Position numbers and translations under genes: made by a program
Shown: one piece after another, positions 49,630-64,000 of the stretch
Numbering within the stretch: position 1 is the stretch's first letter
How the letters are laid out: each line of letters begins with the position of its first letter
Notes under the pieces: model-generated
What the model was told of the DNA's origin: nothing
Database searches by the model: none
The model's input: only the letters and a program-made list of their open reading frames with translations
DNA from: Escherichia phage vB_EcoM_Shinka
Direction: 5' to 3' (one strand)
Length of the DNA: 64,000 bases
Sequence record: MZ502379.1

Positions 49630-51434
49630 TGAAACAAAATATTAATATCGGTAATGTTGTTGATGATGGTACCGGTGACTACCTGCGTAAAGGTGGTATA
49701 AAAATAAATGAAAACTTTGATGAACTTTATTATGAACTTGGCGATGGAGATGTTCCATATTCAGCCGGTGCCTGGAAAACTTATAATGCTTCATCCGGTC
49801 AAACATTAAAAGCTAAGTGGGGAAAATCATACGCTATTAATACCTCTTCTGGAAGAGTAACTTTACAACTTCCTAAAGGAACTGTTAATGATTATAATAA
49901 AGTAATTAGAGCTAGGGATGTATTTGCAACATGGAACATTAATCCAGTTACTTTAGTAGCTGCTTCTGGGGATACAATTAAAGGGTCGTCATCGTCAGTT
50001 GAAATTAATATTCAATTTAGTGATTTAGAGCTCGTTTATTGTGCTCCAGGACGTTGGGAATATGTCAAAAACAAACAAATTGACAAAATTATTAGTTCAG
50101 ATATTAGTAATGTAGCACGTAAAGAATTTTTAGTCGAAGTTCAAGGACAAACAGACTTTTTAGATGTTTTCCGCGGAACTAGCTATAATGTTAATAACAT
50201 CCGAGTAAAACACCGCGGTAATGAATTATATTATGGCGATGTATTTAGTGAAAACAGTGACTTTGGCTCTCCTGGGGAAAATGAAGGAGAATTGATTCCT
50301 CTTGATGGATTTAATATTAGGTTAAGACAGCCTTGTAATATTGGTGACACTGTTCAAATTGAAACATTTATGGATGGTATATCACAATGGAGAAGTTCAT
50401 ATACAAGACGCCAAATAAAAGTATTAGATTCAAAATTAACGTCAAAAACTTCTTTAGAAGGAAGTATTTACGTTACTGATTTATCAACAATGAAATCAAT
50501 TCCATTCTCTGCATTTGGATTAATTCCTGGAGAACCTATTAATCCTAATTCTCTTGAAGTTCGTTTTAATGGAATTTTACAACAACAAGCTGGAACAGCA
50601 GGATATCCTCTGTTTTTGTGTGAAGGTGCTAACTCAGATACGCAAGCAGGATGTATATCTCTTGGTGGTGAATGGAAAGAATCTAACACAGATTATTCTA
50701 TAGAATATGAAGATGGAAAACCTGTCAGTCTTTTATTTGATAGAAAATTTGAATCAGGTGATATAATCGTTATAACATGGTTTAATAATGATTTAGGAAC
50801 TCTTTTAGAAAAAGATGACATTATTGAATTAACTGATGACCGTTATGTTAGTAAAGGATCATCTACTGAAGTTACTGGGGATGTAGCCTTAACAGATTTT
50901 GATAAAATCGGTTGGCCAAATGTTGAAAAAGTTGATTCTTATACTAGAACGTATAATTCAATATCATCTATTTTCGATAGCATTTATCCTGTAGGTTCAA
51001 TTTATGAAAATGCTATAAACCCAAATAATCCGGTGACTTATATGGGGTTTGGTTCGTGGAAATTATTTGGTAAAGGACAAGTTTTAGTAGGATGGAACGA
51101 TGATGTTACAGATCCAAACTTTGCATTAAACAATAATGATTTAGATTCTAGCGGAAATCCTTCACACACTGCCGGTGGAACAGTTGGAACAACATCGGTG
51201 ACACTTGAGAACGCAAATCTTCCTGCGACTAAAACTGATGAAAAAGTTTTAATTGAAGATGAAAACGGATCAGTTATTATTGGAGGTTGTCAATATGACC
51301 CAGACGAAACTGGTCCTATATATACAAAATATCGTGAAGACTACGCAACAACAAACTCTTCACATACTCCTCCTGCTAATATTAGTAATATTCAACCGTC
51401 TATTACTGTATACCGTTGGATAAGGATTGCATAA
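49629..51434 (+). CDS. 10: Baseplate wedge/tail pin protein gp10 (601 aa)
   Basis: 601-aa ORF; stop overlaps the gene 11 ATG. Confidence 0.9.
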   Translation: MKQNINIGNVVDDGTGDYLRKGGIKINENFDELYYELGDGDVPYSAGAWKTYNASSGQTLKAKWGKSYAINTSSGRVTLQLPKGTVNDYNKVIRARDVFATWNINPVTLVAASGDTIKGSSSSVEINIQFSDLELVYCAPGRWEYVKNKQIDKIISSDISNVARKEFLVEVQGQTDFLDVFRGTSYNVNNIRVKHRGNELYYGDVFSENSDFGSPGENEGELIPLDGFNIRLRQPCNIGDTVQIETFMDGISQWRSSYTRRQIKVLDSKLTSKTSLEGSIYVTDLSTMKSIPFSAFGLIPGEPINPNSLEVRFNGILQQQAGTAGYPLFLCEGANSDTQAGCISLGGEWKESNTDYSIEYEDGKPVSLLFDRKFESGDIIVITWFNNDLGTLLEKDDIIELTDDRYVSKGSSTEVTGDVALTDFDKIGWPNVEKVDSYTRTYNSISSIFDSIYPVGSIYENAINPNNPVTYMGFGSWKLFGKGQVLVGWNDDVTDPNFALNNNDLDSSGNPSHTAGGTVGTTSVTLENANLPATKTDEKVLIEDENGSVIIGGCQYDPDETGPIYTKYREDYATTNSSHTPPANISNIQPSITVYRWIRIA

Positions 51435-52093
51435 TGAGTTTACTTAATAATAAAGCGGGAGTTATTTCCCGCTTAGCAGATTTTCTTGGTTTTAGAACTA
51501 AGAAAAATGATATTTCGGTTATGAATAATCAGCCAGTAGGCGCTGTAACAATTTCACAAATAGCAAAAGGTTTTTATGACCCAAATGTAGAATCTGCTAT
51601 CAATGATGTTAGAAATATGGCAGAGCAACAGGTTGGAGCTGTATTAGTTAATATAAGCGGCGTATCTCCTACTGGCGTGCAACAAACAGACTATTGGTCA
51701 TTTGAAGGAACCGTTACTGATACTTCAGCCAAACCAGGTGATCCAGTTATTGTTAACATGTTTGGTATTCCAGTTAAAGCTACTAATGGAATGACTTCAA
51801 TTGAATTTACTAGTGCTGTTAGAACAGCTCTACAGGAAATGGTTGTAAAATTTATTGCAATTGATTCATTTGAAGACCATCCTACTATAGGGAATAAAAT
51901 ACAAGTTAAGTATTTAGATAACCAAGAACATATCTTAGAGCAATACTCTGATAAAGGAATTACTTTCAAACAAGAAATAATTTCTCCTTCTAAACCCGGG
52001 TATGGAACTTGGCAATTATTAGGTGCGCAAACTGTTACGCTAGATAGTCACACACAACCTACAGTATTTTATTATTTTGAGAGAATAGCATGA
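51434..52093 (+). CDS. 11: Baseplate wedge protein gp11, short tail fibre attachment (219 aa)
   Basis: From the internal Met: [20 protein letters not shown]... matches recalled gp11 at 219 aa; the ORF track start is six codons upstream. Confidence 0.9.
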   Translation: MSLLNNKAGVISRLADFLGFRTKKNDISVMNNQPVGAVTISQIAKGFYDPNVESAINDVRNMAEQQVGAVLVNISGVSPTGVQQTDYWSFEGTVTDTSAKPGDPVIVNMFGIPVKATNGMTSIEFTSAVRTALQEMVVKFIAIDSFEDHPTIGNKIQVKYLDNQEHILEQYSDKGITFKQEIISPSKPGYGTWQLLGAQTVTLDSHTQPTVFYYFERIA

Positions 52094-53640
52094 GTAACAA
52101 TACATATCAGCACGTATCAAATGAATCAAAATATGTTAAATTCGATCCCACTGGATCGAATTTTCCTGGCACTGTTACGACAGTACAGTCTGCATTATCA
52201 AAAATAAGTAATATCGGCGTAAATGGTATTCCTGATGCAACTATGGAAGTTAAAGGAATAGCAATGATTGCATCAGAGCAAGAGGTTTTAGATGGAACAA
52301 ATAATTCTAAAATCGTTACACCAGCTACATTAGCAACAAGATTATTGTATCCAAATGCTACTGAAACTAAATATGGTTTAACGCGCTATTCAACAAATGA
52401 AGAAACATTAGAAGGCTCAGATAATAATTCATCAATAACGCCGCAAAAACTGAAATACCATACTGATGATGTGTTCCAAAATAGATATTCGTCTGAGTCA
52501 TCAAACGGGGTTATTAAAATATCATCTACGCCTGCAGCTTTGGCTGGTGTCGATGATACTACGGCGATGACTCCGTTGAAAACCCAAAAACTTGCAATAA
52601 AATTAATTTCACAAATAGCTCCTTCCGAAGATACTGCATCAGAATCTGTGAGAGGTGTGGTTCAATTATCAACTGTTGCGCAAACTCGTCAAGGAACTCT
52701 CCGCGAAGGATATGCAATTTCTCCGTATACCTTTATGAATTCTGTTGCAACACAAGAATATAAGGGTGTTATACGTTTAGGAACACAATCGGAAATTAAC
52801 AGTAATTTAGGAGATGTTGCAGTAACAGGTGAAACACTAAATGGTCGAGGAGCTACCGGTTCTATGCGTGGAGTAGTTAAATTAACGACGCAAGCCGGTA
52901 TTGCCCCTGAAGGTGATAGCTCTGGAGCATTAGCATGGAACGCAGATGTAATTAATACTCGTGGTGGACAAACTATTAATGGTTCTTTAAATTTAGACCA
53001 TCTTACAGCAAACGGAATTTGGTCGCGCGGTGGAATGTGGAAAAATGGCGATCAACCTGTTGCCACTGAAAGATATGCGTCCGAACGAGTTCCGGTTGGA
53101 ACTATTATGATGTTTGCGGGTGATTCAGCACCTCCAGGTTGGATTATGTGTCATGGTGGAACCGTGTCAGGTGACCAATTTCCTGATTATAGAAACGTAG
53201 TTGGAACAAGATTTGGTGGTGATTGGAATAATCCTGGTATTCCTGATATGCGAGGTCTTTTCGTCAGAGGAGCCGGCACAGGCGGTCATATTTTAAATCA
53301 ACGGGGACAAGATGGTTATGGGAAGGATAGACTTGGCGTAGGATGTGACGGAATGCATGTTGGTGGTGTTCAAGCACAACAAATGTCATACCATAAACAC
53401 GCCGGTGGTTGGGGGGAATATAACAGAAGTGAAGGCCCATTTGGCGCGTCTGTTTATCAAGGATATCTTGGAACTAGAAAATATTCCGACTGGGATAACG
53501 CTTCATACTTCACTAATGATGGATTTGAATTAGGTGGACCGAGAGATGCTCATGGTACACTTAATCGTGAAGGATTAATTGGTTATGAAACTAGACCATG
53601 GAATATATCATTAAACTATATTATTAAAGTTCATTACTAA
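52090..53640 (+). CDS. 12: Short tail fibre protein gp12 (516 aa)
   Basis: 516-aa ORF with Gly/Thr-rich repeats and C-terminal receptor-binding region; between 11 and wac. Confidence 0.9.
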   Translation: MSNNTYQHVSNESKYVKFDPTGSNFPGTVTTVQSALSKISNIGVNGIPDATMEVKGIAMIASEQEVLDGTNNSKIVTPATLATRLLYPNATETKYGLTRYSTNEETLEGSDNNSSITPQKLKYHTDDVFQNRYSSESSNGVIKISSTPAALAGVDDTTAMTPLKTQKLAIKLISQIAPSEDTASESVRGVVQLSTVAQTRQGTLREGYAISPYTFMNSVATQEYKGVIRLGTQSEINSNLGDVAVTGETLNGRGATGSMRGVVKLTTQAGIAPEGDSSGALAWNADVINTRGGQTINGSLNLDHLTANGIWSRGGMWKNGDQPVATERYASERVPVGTIMMFAGDSAPPGWIMCHGGTVSGDQFPDYRNVVGTRFGGDWNNPGIPDMRGLFVRGAGTGGHILNQRGQDGYGKDRLGVGCDGMHVGGVQAQQMSYHKHAGGWGEYNRSEGPFGASVYQGYLGTRKYSDWDNASYFTNDGFELGGPRDAHGTLNREGLIGYETRPWNISLNYIIKVHY

Positions 53641-53649
53641 GGATTACAA

Positions 53650-55107
53650 ATGATTGAATTAAAAGAGTTACCTTTTGTTGATAGCGTTCCTGACGAAGGT
53701 CAGGAACGTATTTCATGGATTAAAAATGGTGAAGAAATATTAGGAGCTAGTACTAAGTATGGAAATGATGGATCAATGAATAGACCAATTGTTTCCGTGT
53801 TTAAAAACGTCGAAGTTCTTGATGAAAATGTGGGAATTCTTAAAACTGCCATTGAAACATCACAGAAAGATATTAAAACAATTCAAGGAGTTTTAGATGT
53901 ATCAGGAGATATAGAAGCACTATCGCAGATCAGTGTTAATAAAAATGACATATCGAATTTAAAGACACTTACCAGTGAACACACTGATATATTAACTGGA
54001 ACTAATAATACAGTTGACAAAATTATTGCTGATATAGGTCCATTTAATGATGAAGAAAACTCTGTTTATAGAACAATTAGAAATGATTTATTGTGGATTA
54101 AACAGGAATTAGGACAATATTCTGGCCAAGACATTAACGGTCTTCCTGTTGTTGGTAATGCTAGCACAGGAATGAAACACAGAATAATAACAAATAGTAC
54201 ATTATTATCTTCACAGGGCATTCGTTTAAGCGAATTAGAAAATAAATTTACTGAATCTGACGTAGGATCATTAACTGTTGAAGTTGGTAAATTACGTGAT
54301 GAACTTGGTAATAAACCAGTAGATTTTGGGCCAAATATTTATAATAGATTAAACACCATAGATGATAAACAAACTTTAATAATTTCTGATATAGCAGAAA
54401 TTAAATCTTCTATTGGATACCCAGAAAATGTTTCTATAATAACAGAAATTAATAATAACAAAAGTAGCATTGAAGCTATTAATAATGAATTAAATCAGAG
54501 TGAAGGTGTTAAACAGCGCTTAACGGCTATTGAAACTTCTATAGGTTCAGATGATATTCCTTCTAGTATTAAAGGAAAAATTAAAAATCACACAACTTCT
54601 ATTGAGTCTTTAAACGGAATTGTTGGTGAAAACACTTCGTCTGGTTTAAGAGCGAATGTTTCGTGGTTAAATCAAATTGTTGGAACTGACTCCAGCGGAG
54701 GACAACCGTCTCCTTCTGGATCTCTATTAAATAAAGTTTCAGTGCTTGAAGGAGAAGTTTCAGTTTTAAACAATAATGTTCAAAATATACAAGTTGAAAT
54801 AGGAAATAATAGAACAGGAATTAAAGGTCAAGTTATTGAACTTACTTCACTTATAAATGGAAATAATCCTGACGGATCAACTGTTGAAGAACGAGGATTA
54901 ACTAATTCTATAAAAACGAATGAAACCAACATTGCGGCAGTCACACATGAAGTAAATACAGCTAAAGACAATATATCCTCTTTACAGAGCAGCGTTCAAG
55001 CTCTACAAGAAGCAGGTTATATTCCTGAAGCTCCAAAAGATGGCCAAGCTTACGTTCGTAAAGACGGCGAATGGGTACTACTTTCTACCTTTTTATCACC
55101 AGCATAA
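53650..55107 (+). CDS. wac: Fibritin (whisker antigen control, 485 aa)
   Basis: Segmented coiled-coil repeats throughout and C-terminal foldon-like [27 protein letters not shown]. Confidence 0.9.
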   Translation: MIELKELPFVDSVPDEGQERISWIKNGEEILGASTKYGNDGSMNRPIVSVFKNVEVLDENVGILKTAIETSQKDIKTIQGVLDVSGDIEALSQISVNKNDISNLKTLTSEHTDILTGTNNTVDKIIADIGPFNDEENSVYRTIRNDLLWIKQELGQYSGQDINGLPVVGNASTGMKHRIITNSTLLSSQGIRLSELENKFTESDVGSLTVEVGKLRDELGNKPVDFGPNIYNRLNTIDDKQTLIISDIAEIKSSIGYPENVSIITEINNNKSSIEAINNELNQSEGVKQRLTAIETSIGSDDIPSSIKGKIKNHTTSIESLNGIVGENTSSGLRANVSWLNQIVGTDSSGGQPSPSGSLLNKVSVLEGEVSVLNNNVQNIQVEIGNNRTGIKGQVIELTSLINGNNPDGSTVEERGLTNSIKTNETNIAAVTHEVNTAKDNISSLQSSVQALQEAGYIPEAPKDGQAYVRKDGEWVLLSTFLSPA

Positions 55108-55110
55108 CAT

Positions 55111-55126
55111 GGGGCCGCAAGGCCCC
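55111..55126 (+). terminator. Hairpin after wac (terminator candidate)
   Basis: ggggcc-gcaa-ggcccc palindrome immediately after the wac stop; no clean U-run. Confidence 0.35.
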
Positions 55127-55138
55127 AAAGGATTTTAA

Positions 55139-56840
<1,702 letters not shown>

Positions 56841-56881
56841 TAAATATTATAAACTAATTAAAGCCCAGATTAGGAGAAATC

Positions 56882-60019
<3,138 letters not shown>

Positions 60020-60050
60020 ATATATTAAAGCATATTAAAGAGGATTAAAA

Positions 60051-62030
60051 ATGACTTTATTATCTCCGGGCATTGAGCTCAAAGAAACTACGGTTCAAAG
60101 CACCGTGGTTAATAACTCTACTGGTACAGCAGCTTTGGCCGGTAAATTCCAGTGGGGTCCTGCTTTTCAGATTAAACAGGTTACAAACGAAGTAGATTTA
60201 GTTAATACTTTTGGTCAACCTACAGCTGAAACTGCTGACTATTTTATGTCTGCAATGAATTTCTTACAATATGGAAATGATTTGCGAGTTGTGCGCGCTG
60301 TCGATAGAGATACCGCTAAAAACTCATCTCCGATTGCTGGTAATATTGAATACACAATTTCTACCCCAGGTAGTAACTACGCGGTTGGAGATAAAATCAC
60401 GGTCAAATATGTTTCAGAAGATGTTGAAACAGAAGGTAAAATTACCGAAGTAGATGCTGATGGAAAAATTAAGAAAATTAATATTCCTACTGCAAAAATT
60501 ATTGCTAAAGCTAAAGAAGTTGGCGAATACCCAACATTAGGTTCTAACTGGACTGCAGAAATTTCTTCATCTTCTTCCGGTTTAGCTGCAGTAATAACTC
60601 TTGGAAAAATTATTACTGATTCCGGTATTTTATTAGCTGAAATCGAGAGCGCTGAAACTGCTATGACAGCAGTTGATTTTCAGGCAAATCTTGAAAAATA
60701 TGGAATTCCAGGAGTAGTAGCTCTCTATCCAGGCGAATTAGGCGATAAAATTGAAATTGAAATCGTATCTAAAGCTGACTATGCGAAAGGCGCTTCTGCA
60801 TTACTGCCAATTTATCCAGGTGGTGGTACTCGTGCATCTACTGCCAAGGCAGTATTTGGATATGGGCCGCAGACTGACTCACAGTACGCTATTATAGTTC
60901 GTCGAAATGATGCTATTGTTCAAAGCGTTGTTCTTTCAACTAAGCGTGGTGAAAAAGATATTTACGATAGTAACATCTATATTGATGACTTTTTCGCAAA
61001 AGGTGGTTCAGAATATATTTTCGCAACTGCGCAAAACTGGCCAGAAGGCTTCTCTGGAATTTTAACTCTGTCTGGTGGATTATCATCAAATGCTGAAGTA
61101 ACAGCAGGAGATTTGATGGAAGCTTGGGACTTCTTTGCTGACCGCGAATCTGTTGACGTTCAGTTGTTTATTGCGGGTTCTTGTGCCGGTGAATCTTTAG
61201 AAACAGCATCTACTGTCCAAAAACACGTCGTTTCAATTGGAGATGCTCGCCAAGATTGCTTAGTATTGTGCTCACCACCGCGTGAAACTGTTGTTGGAAT
61301 TCCTGTAACTCGTGCAGTAGATAATTTAGTTAACTGGAGAACTGCGGCAGGTTCATATACTGATAATAACTTTAATATTAGTTCAACCTACGCAGCAATT
61401 GATGGTAACTACAAATATCAGTATGACAAATATAATGATGTAAATCGTTGGGTTCCATTAGCAGCTGACATTGCTGGTTTATGCGCGAGAACTGATAACG
61501 TTTCTCAGACTTGGATGTCTCCAGCTGGTTATAATCGTGGTCAGATTCTTAACGTTATTAAACTTGCTATTGAAACTCGCCAAGCTCAGCGCGACCGTTT
61601 ATATCAAGAAGCTATCAACCCAGTAACTGGTACAGGTGGTGATGGTTACGTATTGTATGGTGATAAAACAGCTACTTCTGTTCCTTCTCCATTTGATCGT
61701 ATTAACGTTCGTCGTCTGTTTAATATGTTGAAAACGAATATCGGACGTAGTTCAAAATATCGTTTGTTCGAATTAAACAACGCGTTTACTCGTTCATCAT
61801 TCCGCACAGAAACTGCCCAATACTTACAGGGAATTAAAGCTCTCGGTGGAATTTATGAATATCGTGTAGTTTGCGATACAACAAATAACACTCCGTCAGT
61901 AATTGATAGAAATGAGTTTGTTGCAACATTCTACATTCAACCGGCTAGAAGCATTAACTACATTACCTTGAACTTCGTAGCAACTGCTACTGGTGCAGAT
62001 TTCGATGAGTTAACTGGTCTTGCTGGTTAA
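60051..62030 (+). CDS. 18: Tail sheath protein gp18 (659 aa)
   Basis: 659-aa ORF in conserved position. Confidence 0.95.
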   Translation: MTLLSPGIELKETTVQSTVVNNSTGTAALAGKFQWGPAFQIKQVTNEVDLVNTFGQPTAETADYFMSAMNFLQYGNDLRVVRAVDRDTAKNSSPIAGNIEYTISTPGSNYAVGDKITVKYVSEDVETEGKITEVDADGKIKKINIPTAKIIAKAKEVGEYPTLGSNWTAEISSSSSGLAAVITLGKIITDSGILLAEIESAETAMTAVDFQANLEKYGIPGVVALYPGELGDKIEIEIVSKADYAKGASALLPIYPGGGTRASTAKAVFGYGPQTDSQYAIIVRRNDAIVQSVVLSTKRGEKDIYDSNIYIDDFFAKGGSEYIFATAQNWPEGFSGILTLSGGLSSNAEVTAGDLMEAWDFFADRESVDVQLFIAGSCAGESLETASTVQKHVVSIGDARQDCLVLCSPPRETVVGIPVTRAVDNLVNWRTAAGSYTDNNFNISSTYAAIDGNYKYQYDKYNDVNRWVPLAADIAGLCARTDNVSQTWMSPAGYNRGQILNVIKLAIETRQAQRDRLYQEAINPVTGTGGDGYVLYGDKTATSVPSPFDRINVRRLFNMLKTNIGRSSKYRLFELNNAFTRSSFRTETAQYLQGIKALGGIYEYRVVCDTTNNTPSVIDRNEFVATFYIQPARSINYITLNFVATATGADFDELTGLAG

Positions 62031-62046
62031 TACGGTGCATTCTAAA

Positions 62047-62064
62047 GGCCTGTTTCGGCAGGCC
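62047..62064 (+). terminator. Hairpin after gene 18 (terminator/attenuator candidate)
   Basis: ggcctg-tttcgg-caggcc inverted repeat 17 nt after the gene 18 stop; no U-run, directly abuts a late promoter. Confidence 0.35.
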
Positions 62065-62065
62065 A

Positions 62066-62073
62066 TATAAATA
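62066..62073 (+). promoter_or_regulatory. Late promoter (TATAAATA) upstream of gene 19, copy 1
   Basis: Exact TATAAATA. Confidence 0.55.
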
Positions 62074-62124
62074 CACTATATCCTTAATTCTTTAATTCTA
62101 TATGCCCTAGGTTAAACATAGGGA

Positions 62125-62132
62125 TATAAATA
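62125..62132 (+). promoter_or_regulatory. Late promoter (TATAAATA) upstream of gene 19, copy 2
   Basis: Exact TATAAATA about 15 nt upstream of the gene 19 ATG. Confidence 0.55.
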
Positions 62133-62146
62133 CTACAGAGGCTAAT

Positions 62147-62638
62147 ATGTTTGTAGATGATGTAACACGAGCGTTTGAATCTGGTGATTTTGCTCGACCT
62201 AACTTATTCCAAGTAGAAATTTCTTATCTTGGACAAAATTTTACATTCCAATGTAAAGCCACTGCTTTACCAGCTGGTATTGTAGAAAAAATTCCAGTCG
62301 GATTTATGAACCGTAAAATTAACGTAGCAGGCGATCGTACATTCGATGACTGGACTGTTACAGTAATGAACGATGAAGCTCATGATGCTCGCCAGAAGTT
62401 TGTTGATTGGCAAAGCATTGCTGCTGGTCAAGGAAACGAAATTACTGGTGGAAAACCTGCAGAGTATAAAAAGAGCGCTATTGTTCGTCAATATGCTCGT
62501 GATGCTAAAACAGTAACAAAAGAAATTGAAATTAAAGGTCTGTGGCCTACTAACGTGGGTGAACTTCAATTAGATTGGGATTCAAACAATGAAATCCAAA
62601 CCTTTGAAGTAACTCTTGCTCTCGATTATTGGGAATAA
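62147..62638 (+). CDS. 19: Tail tube protein gp19 (163 aa)
   Basis: 163-aa ORF in conserved position. Confidence 0.95.
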   Translation: MFVDDVTRAFESGDFARPNLFQVEISYLGQNFTFQCKATALPAGIVEKIPVGFMNRKINVAGDRTFDDWTVTVMNDEAHDARQKFVDWQSIAAGQGNEITGGKPAEYKKSAIVRQYARDAKTVTKEIEIKGLWPTNVGELQLDWDSNNEIQTFEVTLALDYWE

Positions 62639-62644
62639 AATGAA

Positions 62645-62660
62645 TGGGGAGAAATCCCCA
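62645..62660 (+). terminator. Hairpin after gene 19 (terminator candidate)
   Basis: tgggga-gaaa-tcccca inverted repeat just after the gene 19 stop. Confidence 0.35.
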
Positions 62661-62670
62661 TCCTGCTTAA

Positions 62671-64000
<1,330 letters not shown>

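Noticed and set aside
40316-53533. Short antisense or alternative-frame ORFs inside late structural genes (e.g. 40316-40585, 43186-43380, 46431-46790, 48047-48382, 50468-50689, 51691-51969, 53345-53533)
   Set aside because: All are embedded in long, well-supported structural genes and have no independent start signals.

Overview
This window is a contiguous segment of a T-even (T4-type) myovirus genome. Bases 1-39443 carry early/middle genes on the minus strand: the 5' end of gene 45, rpbA, 46, 47, a-gt, 55, an nrdH-like redoxin, nrdG, nrdD, endonuclease VII (49), pin, nrdC, a block of uncharacterised ORFs, rI, tk, regB, internal-protein genes, lysozyme e, nudE, a 10-gene tRNA array, ipI, 57B, 57A, 1, 3, 2 and 4. 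Bases 39491-64000 carry the late structural and packaging block on the plus strand: 53, 5, 5.1, 5.4, 6-12, wac, 13-19 and the start of 20. Proteins are close to T4 as I recall it but not identical. The phage is a T4 relative rather than T4 itself, plausibly T2/T6-like: nrdD is intronless with a free-standing GIY-YIG endonuclease gene beside it, denV is reduced to a 3' remnant, and there are ten tRNAs and extra internal-protein-like cassettes. I found no CRISPR array, integrase, transposon or rRNA. All identifications rest on reading the six-frame ORF track and the raw sequence and on recalled family signatures; no database search was run. Many ORFs in the track begin at TTG/GTG, so several starts were moved to internal ATGs with a ribosome-binding site.
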